Source of the DNA: Syncephalis fuscata S228
Lineage: Eukaryota > Fungi > Zoopagomycota
DNA: 64,000 nt
Direction: 5' to 3'
NCBI GenBank assembly: GCA_025786725.1
Contig: JAHLTZ010000033.1
Location: 1 to 64,000 of the forward strand
Position 1 is the stretch's first letter, and every line of letters starts with the position of its first letter. This document shows positions 38,240 through 51,276 of this stretch, piece after piece. The notes under the pieces are model-generated. The model had not been told where the DNA came from. It was given only the letters and a program-made list of their open reading frames with translations, and ran no database searches. The position numbers and the translations under genes were made by a program.

Positions 38240-40080
38240 ATGTCAGATAACGTATTAATTTCGGATGCTGTAACAGCATCCGTATCTACTGATACAATGT
38301 ATCGTCACGGTCGGCTTCTTTTAGAAATCGACTAAAGGACATTGTAACTTTTAATAGCAATCTTGATACTATTGAATCTGCAAATGAGGACGATTCATTT
38401 TTGGAGCAACATAGGGACAAAAAGCGATCAAAAAAGCTTGTATATAAGATTCGACGAGAATGTTGCATACTTTTAATACTTACAAGTATAATTGGCGTCT
38501 TAATATTTGCAACACTTTTTATTCAATGGCTATTTGGCCACTCGAATGGCATACAGGAAAAACGACATCATTCTGTACCAATACGCAATTTAATGGCTCT
38601 TCTAGCACCCTATGATTCATCTATTTCAAGCACACAGTTTAAAGCAAATAACAATACATGTAATGTCAATAGTGCCGACGCGGCTGCAATCCCAGGTCGT
38701 TGCAATCTTGTACATTTCCAAGCTGTTGTTCGTCATGGTGATCGAAATCCAATTCCTAAGCGAGTGGAACAATTAACGGCTTTTGAGAAAGAGTTACAAT
38801 CAAACAAAAATCCAAATTGGCCGAAATGGCTACAAGAATGGAGATCTCCATATAATCAAGACAATGCCGATCAACTAATGGAACAAGGTGTGCTTCAGCT
38901 TCAACAATTGGCCCAGAGAGACGTTTGTCGTTATGGCAAATGGTTGAACGAAAAGGTCAACCTATTAAGCGAAAAAGCAGCTGAAGTACGTCATCAACAG
39001 GCATGGTATTCTAGTTCAAGTACGCAGCGGTAAGTTTTCTGCCCGTTGACTACACAAACCCATTTATTATGCCTCAATACAGCGCTATTGATTCTGCAAA
39101 TGCCTACGCATCAGTTTTTTCAGGCAAAGCATTACCTCAATCCGCAATGCATATCATACCGTTGGTAAGCAATTGCAATCGTCTATTAAGCGTTGCACAA
39201 TAGACTAACAACAATTAGAAACAAGATCGTGAACTATCAGTAGGGGGCGGATGCCAAAATTGGTTCTATTCGGAATCCAATGTTACTGCCAAACTTGAAT
39301 TCTTGCGTCCTTATACAGCCCATTATTTGTCAGAAATACGTGATCTTTTATCGACTCGCATGGGATTCCAGATAACAGCACTTACACTTGATCTTATGGG
39401 GGAGTTATGTGCATTTGATTATATTAAAGAAGATCGCCGGGATCACTGGTGTCAATTGTTGCTATCCAAACAAAATCACTATTAGGCGAATTAGCGACAG
39501 ATGCAAGCAATGAGCAATTCCCTGTTAAAAATCCAAGCCCACTTGAATACTACGATTTTATTACGGACCGCAAACACTATCATCGATGCGGTGCATTGCA
39601 TCCAATTAACAAACGTGTCTCATGCAAGCTATTTACTCAAATAGTAAATGAAATGCAACAGGCAATTTATGGCAACTTACCATTACGTTGGCGCTTAAGA
39701 TTTGGTCATGGAAATACGATATTGCTATTATTAACTCATTTGGTAAGCTACAGAATCAAAATAACCATCAACGCTTTTACAAATTTTATTAGAATTTATA
39801 TACGGAACCACCGACTTTTGACCAAAATCGTGGATTTCGAACATCGCACATTAGTCCATTTGCAGCTAATATACATTTTGAGTTACTAAAATGTACAGGC
39901 GATAATGATAGTGACAATGATGGTCAAGACTACTTTGTACGCATGCTGCACAATGAACATCCCATTCAAATACCAGGCTGTCCAGAGGATAGTATACTCT
40001 GTCCTTGGAAGGAATTTTACAAAGTTGCACAGATGCGGATTGGACACTGCGATATGAATGAGATTTGTGGCCCTGAATAA
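38240..40080 (+). CDS. Histidine phosphatase clade 2, MINPP1-like, N-terminal TM, multi-exon
   Basis: VRHGDRNP, SSTQR-AIDSA, LCAFD, LRFGH, SPFAANIHFEL and VRMLHNE...IPGC. Confidence 0.87.
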
Positions 40081-41451
40081 ACGTACTATTATTATTTCAA
40101 TGATCTGGAATAAGAAATAAGATAGTATAGCTTGAAAAATATAAAATTGGATTAAATCAAAGATTTGATTTGATTTATAAACTAGTATTGAAAAAGGAAA
40201 TATAGCATAGAAAACGCAATGTTCAAATGAGTATCATGAATACTCAGCCGGCTATTTATGAAGCGAATAATAATGATAATATAGATATTGGTTGGAAATG
40301 TGGCATACATGTGTGTTAAAAACGTTTATATTGTTTATCATAGAATCATTATGATATAATTTATTGGCAATAATTGCATTGCATTGCCGACCAGCTTTCT
40401 TGATAACCCAGCAGTCCTCATCACGGCAACTTTTGGCCGTCTTCCATGAGCATGAGGTGCAATGCAACGTAAATTGCCAATGCTGTACCATGCAATTAAA
40501 TATAACCAAAATAGTTCAAATATTGGCATTATATATTTTAAATGTATCTACATTTATTTAAATGTTGTTTATACTCAATGCTGTTTATTAAGAATATAAT
40601 AAGATTGTTATTTGCTATGATTTAATAACAACATTCAAATATAGATTTCTACATTTTTAGACATATTTCAACGTCGACTGGAAATTGAGTAACAAAAAGG
40701 AGCTATTGCAACGTGTATTAGACGTTTCACAGTTTGGAAACCACAAGAGCTTGTATACAACGATAGACCTGCACGATGCATGTAGCTGGATTAGCAGTAA
40801 AACGTGCAAATGTTTCCTGACTATTATCAAAAAAGCACAATATTGATTTGTATGTCAGTTGCCATGCTACAAAATTGTCCAATCGGTTGAATCATCTTAA
40901 TTTGTATGCTTCATTTTAAATTTCTATATCTTTTAGCACCCATTATAATTTTGGAGAAAAATCCTGCACTTTCTATTCTATTTGGCAGTTGGATGTATAA
41001 ATCTGGATTTTTTGTAATATGCTACAACTACCAGTAATAGTTTCGTCACCTCATGACCCCTCTCAGCCATAAAACTAGGCATATTGCAGTGATTATAAAA
41101 CACCGCATATGGATCATTGTAATATGTGTACTAATTTGGCAATACATGGGTGGGGTACATCAGCGGCTTTTGATAGTATAATATTTGAAACTGATTGCTT
41201 ACAACCACAACATTGTTTGAATATCACTTGTTTCACATTGTTAAATCCCATACCGCGCACGTTTGCAAAATATACCTCACTTTTAGCTATTTCTAGGATG
41301 TTCAAGCAAAATGACATGTCTCCAAAAGATATAAATACTCTAATAAATTATGTTTTTCTACAGCAAATTATACACATTCAAGCACTCGCAATCTACCATT
41401 CAGCAGCTTTTCCTTCATTATCCAAGTCGTAGATCGATTACCACTTTTAAA

Positions 41452-42703
41452 ATGGTTAAACTTCTTTATTCCGCATACGTGGCCGCTGGAGTGCTGGCAC
41501 TTTTCTTTAATACACATACAACCCACGCTATTGGTGGTACACTTGATGGTAACGCATATTTGATTACAAAAGTAAACATGTTGTTAATATATAATATTAT
41601 TTAATAGGCGATCCCGGTCCAGACGCTGCTGGTCGCAAATTTGTCGACCAAAACTTGAAGGCCCTTAAAATAGATAATATCAAATGGGTTGGCGGCAACT
41701 CTGAGCTAAGCTTTGCCCTACTAAATGGAAAGAAAGGATTTCTTAAATGCGGTACAAAACTCGGTGGTGAAGCTGTAGCATTTGATGTAATGAAGCTCGC
41801 TCTAATCTATCATTTATATACTAACTAAAGTGTTAGATGTTGCTTAATGCTGAAACTGCACTCAAGGGTAACGATGCGCTTGGCAGAGAAAATATTATGC
41901 GCCCTATTTCTAAATTTGCTACCACAACTGATCCAAAAGCTGGCTGTCTTATTTATAATTTTATTACTGGTGATTCATTTATGAACACTATAACTTCAAA
42001 TATGCTATATCAAAACTCGGGCAAATTAGTTTCAGTAGTCTATCAAATATTACAAGGTATTTGTTTTGTTTTAATTAGCTATTACTGCTGACCAACTCAA
42101 AATAGGCGTTCAATATTTACATCGAGCCAATATTGCGCACATGGATTTACTTCCCAATAGTAAGATTCAATTATAATGTAATATATTTATATTAAGTTTG
42201 TTTGTTTCTAGATGTCATAGTATCTGAAGATTTAAAGACAAAAAGGATTATGGCAACAATCATCGACTATGATAAGGCAGTTCCGCTGGCCGGAAATTCA
42301 GGTACTGCATTAGATTAGAGTTTCAAATATTAGTCAACTAACTGAATCTATTAAAGCCCAAGATTGCAAAAAAGACAATCGTTTCATTGCTGTACTAATC
42401 AATAGATCCATCACAACTGCGCTGATTTCCAAAAATCCTCCAAAAGAAAACGAGCAGAGACAGTTTATGCAGAAAAAGATGGAAATGTGGTTCAGGATGC
42501 TTGAGTCACCTCCATTGCCTCAAAATGTAGAAAAAGCGATCGATAACACAGCGCCACTTTTAAATGTTCTGATGGCGCTTAATGCCGAAAATTCAGATTG
42601 CTCGACAATAGGCAAGCAATTAAATGCTCTCCGTCCAATATTGATAAAACAAATCAAAGAGGGAATCGTTGGATGGGCTAATCCGGCATCTTTAGTGGGC
42701 TAG
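41452..42703 (+). CDS. Divergent protein-kinase-like protein with signal peptide, multi-exon
   Basis: MVKLLYSAYVAAGVLALFFNTHTTHA; GFLKC (beta3 Lys); QILQGVQYLHRANIAHMDLLPNNVIV; IIDYD. Confidence 0.75.
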
Positions 42704-42913
42704 AAATATAAAGCTGAGAAACTAAATAAACAATTGAGATTTTTATGAGGCACAGTTTTATTTATAATATATCTAATTGAGTTGCATAATATCGAAGGCT
42801 GTATTTTAAGTCGAATTAATTATTACACTTAATTACATTGATAGCAGATTTAATCAATTTAATATTAATAAGTGTTTACCTCATTCTTTTCCCGTCTTTA
42901 AATACACCAACTC

Positions 42914-45900
42914 ATGACAAAGCGAGTGGGCCAATCACCGACTGCGATGGAGGATGTAGAAATGGCTGACGATCAGCAGCGGTAAGTTGTACACTGCATA
43001 GAAATTTGCTATTCTAAACTCGTTACTATTGGTATAAGTAGAGGGCGTTCTCGTTTGTCGTCAAATTCATCCAGCTCGTCTCGTCAATCCTCGCGATCCA
43101 ATGAGGATAGTTCGCAGTCGCGTAGCCGCGAAAGATCGAAAAAGAGAACTACTCGCGCTAGAAAACAGAGCAGTGATAGTGGTAGTGATGATAGTCGAGA
43201 TTCGTCGCGATCTCGATCTCGATCACGCTCGCGTGCCGATCGAAAGCAGCGCCAACGTCGCCGTTCACGTTCATCCTCGCCGCCACCGGAACCACCACGA
43301 GTATTCGACATGGATCCTGTGCGAAGACGCGAACGCGAACGTCAACTCGCAAAGCAATACGATGAGGCAGAGCCGTCTCGTGCGCCTTCGGCACCTATGG
43401 ATTCAACCGAAGAGCGTATTAAATTGGCATTCACCACGCGTACAGGCGGTGCCTACATTCCGCCTGCACGTCTAAAGGCAATGCAAGAACAGATTACGGA
43501 TAAAAACAGTCGAGAGTATCAGCGTCTAGATTGGGAACAGCTTAAAAAGAATATTAACGGGTTGGTGAACAAGGTAATTAGCCTACTTAGCATAATAAGC
43601 ACGGTGTTATTAGTAAAGTATTAATATTAGTGTAATTATTTAGGTCAATACTACAAATATCAAAATAATTGCACCGGAATTGTTTAAAACCAATTTAATT
43701 CGCGGTCGTGGTTTATTTGCACGTTCAATTATGAAGGCTCAAGCAGCTGCACTACCATTTACACCAGTTTATGCGGCATTAATAGCCGTATTGAATACGC
43801 GTATGCCTCAGATTGGTGAACTTGTGCTTTCACGCCTTATTGTACAGTTTCGCCGCGCTTATAAACGAAACGATAAGGTAAATTGATAGCACAGCTAGCT
43901 ATATGAGCTAATTATCATTATTTCTACTATTTGATATATGTATAGGGTGTTTGTTTGTCATCCACTACGTTTATTTCCCATCTTTGTAATCAGCAGGTAG
44001 CTCATGAAATTGCCGTACTTCAAATGCTTGCTCTTTTACTTGAACGTCCAACAGACGACAGTGTTGAGATTGCTGTTGGTCTTATGCGCGAGTGCGGCGC
44101 ATTTCTAAGCGAAGCATCATCTCGCGCAACCAATGCAGTGTTTGAACGCTTCCGTGGCATTCTTCACGAGGCTCAAATCGATAAGCGAATCCAGTATATG
44201 ATTGAGGTGCTTTTCCAAGTGCGTCGTGACAAATTTAAAGACAATCCGGCTGTACCAGAGGAACTGGACATTGTAGAAGAGGAGGATCAAATTACACATA
44301 CACTTAGCTTAGACGACGAATTAGACATTCAAGAAGGATTGGGTATGGAGTGATGGGTAATGAGTACATGTCAATTACATACTAACAATTGCAATTAGGC
44401 GTATTTAAATTTGATCCAGAGTTCCAAGAAAACGAAGAGAAATATGCACAAATTCGAGCAGAAATTCTAGGAGAAGACTCGTCTGGATCAGGAGAAAGTG
44501 GATCGGAAGAAGAGAACGAATCGGAAGAAGACTCGGAAGCAGAGGGCGCAACTCAAGGTAGGTAGCCATTTGCATTTGTAATATTATCACCTATATTGAC
44601 CAACTATGCCATATTTAATATTAATGATAGCATTGGAAAATCAGCTAAAAATACACGATCGAACGGAAACTAATCTACTTAATCTACGTCGTACTATTTA
44701 TTTAACGATTATGTCCAGTGTGGATTTTGAAGAATGTGCTCACAAGTTAATGAAAATTCAATTACAAGAAGGTGAAGAAGTAAGTAAATAGCATTTGATT
44801 AAATAATGTTAGCTAATGGAGCTCTAGTTTGAATTGTGTAGCATGATTATGGAATGTTGTTCGCAAGAACGTACATACTTTAAATTCTACGGTTTATTGT
44901 GCGAAAGATTTTGTAAAATCAACAAAGTTTGGGCCGATGCTACAGCAAGATTGTTTGTAGAAACATACGAGACAATTCATCGATTTGAGACAAATCGCTT
45001 GCGTAATATTGCCAAGCTATTTGCACATGTGCTATCGACCGATGGTATTACCTGGTCTGTAATGTCATGTTTCAGACTAACTGAAGAGGAGACAACAGCT
45101 AGCTCTCGTATTTTTATCAAGATTCTATTTCAAGAGATTTGTGAAGCACTTGGTCTAAAGCAACTGAACGATAGACTAAAGGATCCAGTGTTATCAGAAG
45201 CATTTAACGGAATATTTCCTGTGGATAATCCAAAAAACACGCGATTTGCCATCAACTATTTTACAAGTATTGGTCTAGGTGGACTTACGTAAGTAGACTT
45301 TAAAGCAAAGCGTATTTAATGATTAATGAAATGATAAATATCTATAGAGAGGAATTGCGTGAACACTTAAAAAATGCACCAAAATTAATTATGGCGCAAC
45401 AACGACTTTTACAGAGTTCAAGTGATTCATCGGATTCTGATTCGTCATCATCTGATGATTCTGATTCAGATAGTAGCAGTAGTGATAGTGGAAGCGATAG
45501 TGGCAGTGGTAGTAGTGGTGGTAGTAGTAGTAGTAGTGGCAGTAGCGAAAGTGAATCGAGTAGCGAGGATAGTGATGACGCTAGAAGTCGTCGTCGTCGT
45601 CCTCGTGATCGACAACAGCATCACCGCCGCCATAATGATCGTTCCATTTCTCCTAAAGCATCTAATAGATCACACAAGGAGAAAGAATCAAGGAAAGATG
45701 AAGCGGAACAAGTTGACCGTCAACGTCGTCGGGTATCAACATCTAGATCTCCAGTACGTCGTTCATCGCCTACACGTAGTCATCGCCGTCAACAACAACA
45801 ACAACGCCATCGCCGAACATCAGTAACACCAACTCGTCAAGATCACGTAGTCCACCGCGCCATGCTCCATCTCGACGTAATGGCGGTCGATCACGTTCTC

Positions 45901-45986
45901 CAATACGCCGTAATAGATCCCGTACACCTCCACGCGGTCGTTCTCCTCCCCGTTCACGTCGTCGTCGCTCTCGTACTCCCACGTAA
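42914..45986 (+). CDS. CWC22: Pre-mRNA splicing factor Cwc22 (MIF4G + MA3, RS-rich termini)
   Basis: [58 protein letters not shown] and [20 protein letters not shown]. Confidence 0.96.
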
Positions 45987-47049
45987 CATTTATTTCTTTC
46001 TTCTTTCTTTCTTAATGCATTTCTATATTTGCCACCATGTACAGACTGCGTGGATTACTTGAAAGAATATTACTGATTAAATCACTCACTGATTTTGTTA
46101 TAATCAACAACAATAATAATAATAATGAAATATTTTTATTAAGAACGTGTTAAAGTAACAGCATATTATAATTATACCACATCCAGACAAGTGTTATTGA
46201 CGATTTTATTGTTAATTTACTTATACCATTCTTTATATTTAAGCTGTTATTGAAATGGTGAATGTGGCTGTATTCATGCTGAATATAACTAATAGTAATA
46301 TGCTATTTAAGTTTGTTCCGTGTAATTAAAACAGCAATAAAGCAGCCAGTAGCATCAACGATTACATTATCAATACATCACAATACTTGGTCTATATATT
46401 TGAGTAATTATAAAAGCTATTGGTGCTTTTTAATGTAAATAATAGTGTAATGCTTTCACACTGTACAGCATCACTACTCAGTATTTATATAATGATAACA
46501 ACTTGTATCGGCAAATATTAATATGGCACTAATCATTACAGTAGTTAATTTACCCAATAATGAAAAACGACCTGTTTTATTTAACCAAATTTATTATAAT
46601 AACAAAACTCGTGTGGCATTCGATGAGCTGAAGGTTCTTGACACACATTAATTCCAGTGGAATAATAGTTAACGATTGAAAGCATGGGCTGGGTTAGATG
46701 GTTAACATGTTTTTTTATTAATAAATGTCTGTAATATTCAGTAAAGCACTTTCTCCGCAGTTATCGGATATAATTCTACCGAATTACTGATATTAGATGG
46801 TCATTCACCTTGGCTGTTCTATATAGTCAGTAATGCAAGTATAGTACTCACGGTAAACGACACGCCTTAGCGATAACCATGTGTTTGGATTATGAACCCA
46901 TGACGCTGCATCATGAAAGTACAGGGCTTAGAAATGGTAGAGTATAAATACTGTCCATCTATACTGATGACTCAACACTGTATCTCACTCCTTAACATCG
47001 TTGTTGTGCCGTTTATTTGCACCATTCTTTCTATACTCGTTTTGAAGCC

Positions 47050-48354
47050 ATGTCTACGCCCAAGCCAATCGAAGGCGTTTGCCAAGTAGCCGCAACCCGT
47101 GGCCCAAACCGCTTAACATTGCATATCATCTATATGGAACTGGCCCCCAGCACGTTTTATTTATTATGGGTATATAAGCCAACAGTCTCCAACATCATAT
47201 ATACTAAAAATACATTAGGCCGAGGCGCTACGCTTGATGCATGGATGGGGCAAGCTATTTTCTTTGCTCAACAAGGCTACCAGGTGTGCATTTTCGATAA
47301 TCGCAATATTGGACGATCAGGTAAGTTGATATAGATGCTCTATTACATCGATTAACCGCTTTATACCATAGATAAAGTTGACTATGACTTTACGTTAGTA
47401 GACTGATAGGTATTCCAGATTATAGTTAACAAATATCGCTGCTTAGTATTAAGGATATGGCAACTGACACTGTGAGCTATTGGATCATCTGGGATGGAAG
47501 TCGGACGTGCATCTCGTTGGCCTCAGTATGGGTGGCATGATTACTCAGTCATTACTATTGCATTATCCGCAATATTTTGCTTCTGCATGCTTAACAAGCA
47601 CTTCGGCAGATGTACCGGCGAAGCACGTAAGTTGGATTACTTATATAACACTATAGATAGGAAATAACATATTTTGACTAGAATAAAATGCCAGATGCTA
47701 ACACTTCCCCTCCTGATGCAACTGAATCTGTAAAATTATTATTTCCAGAGGCAAGTATAGATATAGAAGTAATACGCGACTATTTATTAACCAAAATTAT
47801 TAGAAATGGCTGATTGCTCCTGCAAGACTAAGTCCGGAAAAGACTAATTTTGAATGGCTAGTTGAGGTACTGTGACCACTCACTCTATAATGTGACTCTA
47901 ATGCTTATTTAAACAATAGATCATGACCAGTTTGCGAACAACAGACCCTGAAGCTATTAACAAACAGACAAAAGCGGCACTAGTCCATACGCTTTCGGAT
48001 GAAGAATTTGCCAAGATTCGCAATACCAATATTCCAATTCTAGTTTGTACAGGTGATGAAGACAGAATTCTTGTTTTGGAAAACTCGGAATATATTGCTG
48101 AAAAGCTACAAATACCACTACGGGTGTTTAAAGAATGTGGCCATGCTATTAACATCCAAGTGCCTGAGTTATATAACGAAATGTTGCTTGAACATTTCCG
48201 CACCCCTTCTACGAATAGCATAGCTTCCCAATATAACTACCGCATAACTATTTTTACAATAAAGCTACTAAATGGTTTTAATGATATTTATATTATAGAC
48301 AATTTAGAAAGCTATTGTAATTCAAATTATTTGGCTGTAATTATTGGTTTATAG
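47050..48354 (+). CDS. Alpha/beta hydrolase, multi-exon; 3' end uncertain
   Basis: FDNRNIGRS, HLVGLSMGGMI (GxSxG), TGDEDRIL (Asp) and CGHAI (His). Confidence 0.85.
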
Positions 48355-48659
48355 CATTTTGTATTAGCTGATTTATTCTACACTATTTTGATGCATGGTA
48401 CGAATAAATGACCTTAAACGATCAATATGCCATTTTTCGTTGTTAAAGCAAATCTATAATATATACATACTATAGAAATATATTTAAACAAGTTTTAATG
48501 CGAACACATGTTACGATATAGAATATCGTTATTTTCTGGAACATTCGAGAAACGATTAGTCATCATTGGTGATTGCTCCTTTCAAAAACCTTTAAAGCTC
48601 AGTTAAACACTACTGGATATACAATTACATTTATTTTGCAACTTTTTTTTGTTATCAAA

Positions 48660-49340
48660 ATGGAATTCTATGATCTTGGAAAGCGCTGCTCATTACCAGA
48701 TTGTCAACAACATGGTGAGTGGGACTGCTAATATAATATAATTTATATAAACTTAACACCAGTACTAACAGCAATAATATCAAAGATTATTTACCATTTT
48801 TCTGTAAACAATGCGTGGCATGGTATTGTTTAGATCACAAAAATGTCGATCATCATATCAACTGCTCTGGCCGTTTGGATCGTAAAGTGCCAACCTGTCC
48901 TGCCTGCAATGCACCGGTACCAACATCTCCCGATGAAGACCCAAATACAACGGTAATATTTTAGCATTAACAAAACTAAACAGCAGACACGATACTAAGC
49001 AGCTGTATTCTAGATAAGCCGGCATTTGGAAGAGGTTTGCAAAAACTCCAATAGTCGAACAATAGAACAGTCCAAAAAGACAAAAAAGAAATGTGAAGTC
49101 ACGGCTGTCGTCAGATTCTTGGTGCAACTAAACCAGTTATCACATGTACACGTTGCTATCTTACTCTTTGTCTCGCGTAAGTAACCTCAAACTGTTACAC
49201 ACACAAAAAACTTATTCCGTTCTAGACATCGATTTCCCGAACAGCATCATTGTGGAGACCAAGCTCGTCGTCAACGTTTAGCAAACGCCGCTGAACAACG
49301 ACGTCTTCATTCTACTGTTTTTATGTTGCGTGTCCATTAG
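48660..49340 (+). CDS. AN1-type zinc finger protein (ZFAND2/Cuz1-like), multi-exon
   Basis: MEFYDLGKRCSLPDCQQHDYLPFFCKQC...CLDH...H, PTCPAC, and a second C-x4-C...CLAHRFPEQHHC finger. Confidence 0.85.
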
Positions 49341-50161
49341 TCTTGTTTTATTAAATACAATAGTCGTCATTCAATTAATAATCATTGCACTTTTATGCCC
49401 TCTATATATTAGGCAATTGTGTTATTAATATAGTGCATAACTGCTTCTTTATGTGCTAGCCCTTTTTTACATTAGTCGAGCAACGCAAACATATCCCCAT
49501 TTTAATTCTCCGCTGCATACACAATGTAGCGTTTGATATTTCGAGTGTTTTACAATCGAGCTACAATACGCTTATCTGGACTATTAAGAGTCGACTAATT
49601 AGCGCTAAGGCTAGAAATATAACGAAAAAATTGCCTTTGTCTCAGAAACACAATGCCATTGTAGTTAGTTGCTACCTTACCCATTACATGGCACTTTGCT
49701 CTAGATTAATCTAATAGTATCATTTGTTATTGAAGTAACACGCAATTAGTTATACTAAATGTTTACTAATTTTTTTAGTATTACTTGTGCTATACTTGGT
49801 AATAGCTTTTATAAGCTTCGTAATCTATTAAACAAAACCAAATAGTTTCGAATTGATGGTGCCTATACGTGTTTTGAATTATTTTTTTTGTTTAATAGAG
49901 ACCGTAACACATTCTTGTAACTATGTTTTAAGCATAAATGGTACTATTCGCCTATTAGCCCCATTATTTACAAATATTTATAACACGTTGGTTGGCTAGT
50001 AGTTACCATTACGGTCATCATTTCTTACGCCATTTCACGCCACTTTCTAAGCACAACAATACACTTTTAACGCATTCTACGCTCTTTCTCATATATAAAG
50101 CATATTGCCTAACATTTTTTCATCCACTTACTTTACTGAATTGATAGATCAATTTTAACCA

Positions 50162-50968
50162 ATGGCGCGTACCTATAAGCAAACCTTTATGATATTTCTA
50201 CCTTTATGGCTACTTTATTTAGAAGTTATTCAGTTAACAATTAACGATTTCAGTCCATTTGTCGATGCCGCATGCGCACAACAGGTAAATCTATTATATT
50301 AAACGCTATACGAATATTTTATTAACCACTCGCCGTCTATTGATAGAACGCCGTGAATGAATGTCTTAGAAGCGCAACAGCAGCCATAAAAGACTGTGGG
50401 ATGAATTCTGCTTGTGCCTGTGATCAATTAACACAACGGCTAGCTTGCTATACTCAGTGCAAAGATGATATAGATTTCTACAATGCTGGTCTAAGCAATG
50501 AGCGTCCTCTCCTAATTCAGGCCTGCAATGATGCACACAAAGTAATCAAAATACCAGATCCTATTCCGGCAGCAGAAGCAGCAGCACCAGGAGCAGAAGC
50601 AGCGAAAATGATAAACCGGCTAATGCATGCCTAAACAAAATTCTTCAACGAATCCGGCATCTACGTCAAATTCGCCACCTAACGATCCGTCATCACCGAT
50701 CAATTCACGTTCTTCTCCAAAATGGCACATGGCATCTAAACAGCCAAAATTATTGAAAAGTCCGACAGTGATTATAGTTCAAATCAAAGAGCAAGAAATA
50801 GCGCTAATATCGGATGGACGACACGTATTCAGCGGCATCTTCGGTACAACGTACTGCTTTCACCGCTATGAATGGTTTATTAGTCTGTTGCTTGTTATGG
50901 ACTTTGTTGTAACACCCTTTATGATATCTATAGTATTATTATCATTCAATTATTCAATTATTTTTTAG
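50162..50968 (+). CDS. Secreted 8-Cys protein with S/P/N-rich stalk and hydrophobic tail; same family as 25593-26189; C-terminal frame uncertain
   Basis: Hydrophobic N-terminus; C-x8-C-x10-C-x5-CxC-x8-CYxxC-x21-C; intron 50285-50346. Confidence 0.75.
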
Positions 50969-51276
50969 TACATACAGTCGTTTATGATTAAACTAAATAT
51001 ATTTTGCAAAACACTTCAAATAATTATTTTATTCAGCGTTTCAGAATCAATGATGTTTCGGAATGTATAGACAACATTCAAGTAATGGCCAAAGCTGTGG
51101 CAAACAAAGCAAATAATAAGCGAACAATAAAGTAATTGTTCATAAGCGGATATAACTACACACAGAGAAATAGTAAAAGGTAGAATGACCGTTAATCGTG
51201 TAAATAATTCACAGATTATCATCGATCATCCACCAGATACTGTAGGATATTTGGTATAACAAATCAACAAATAATC

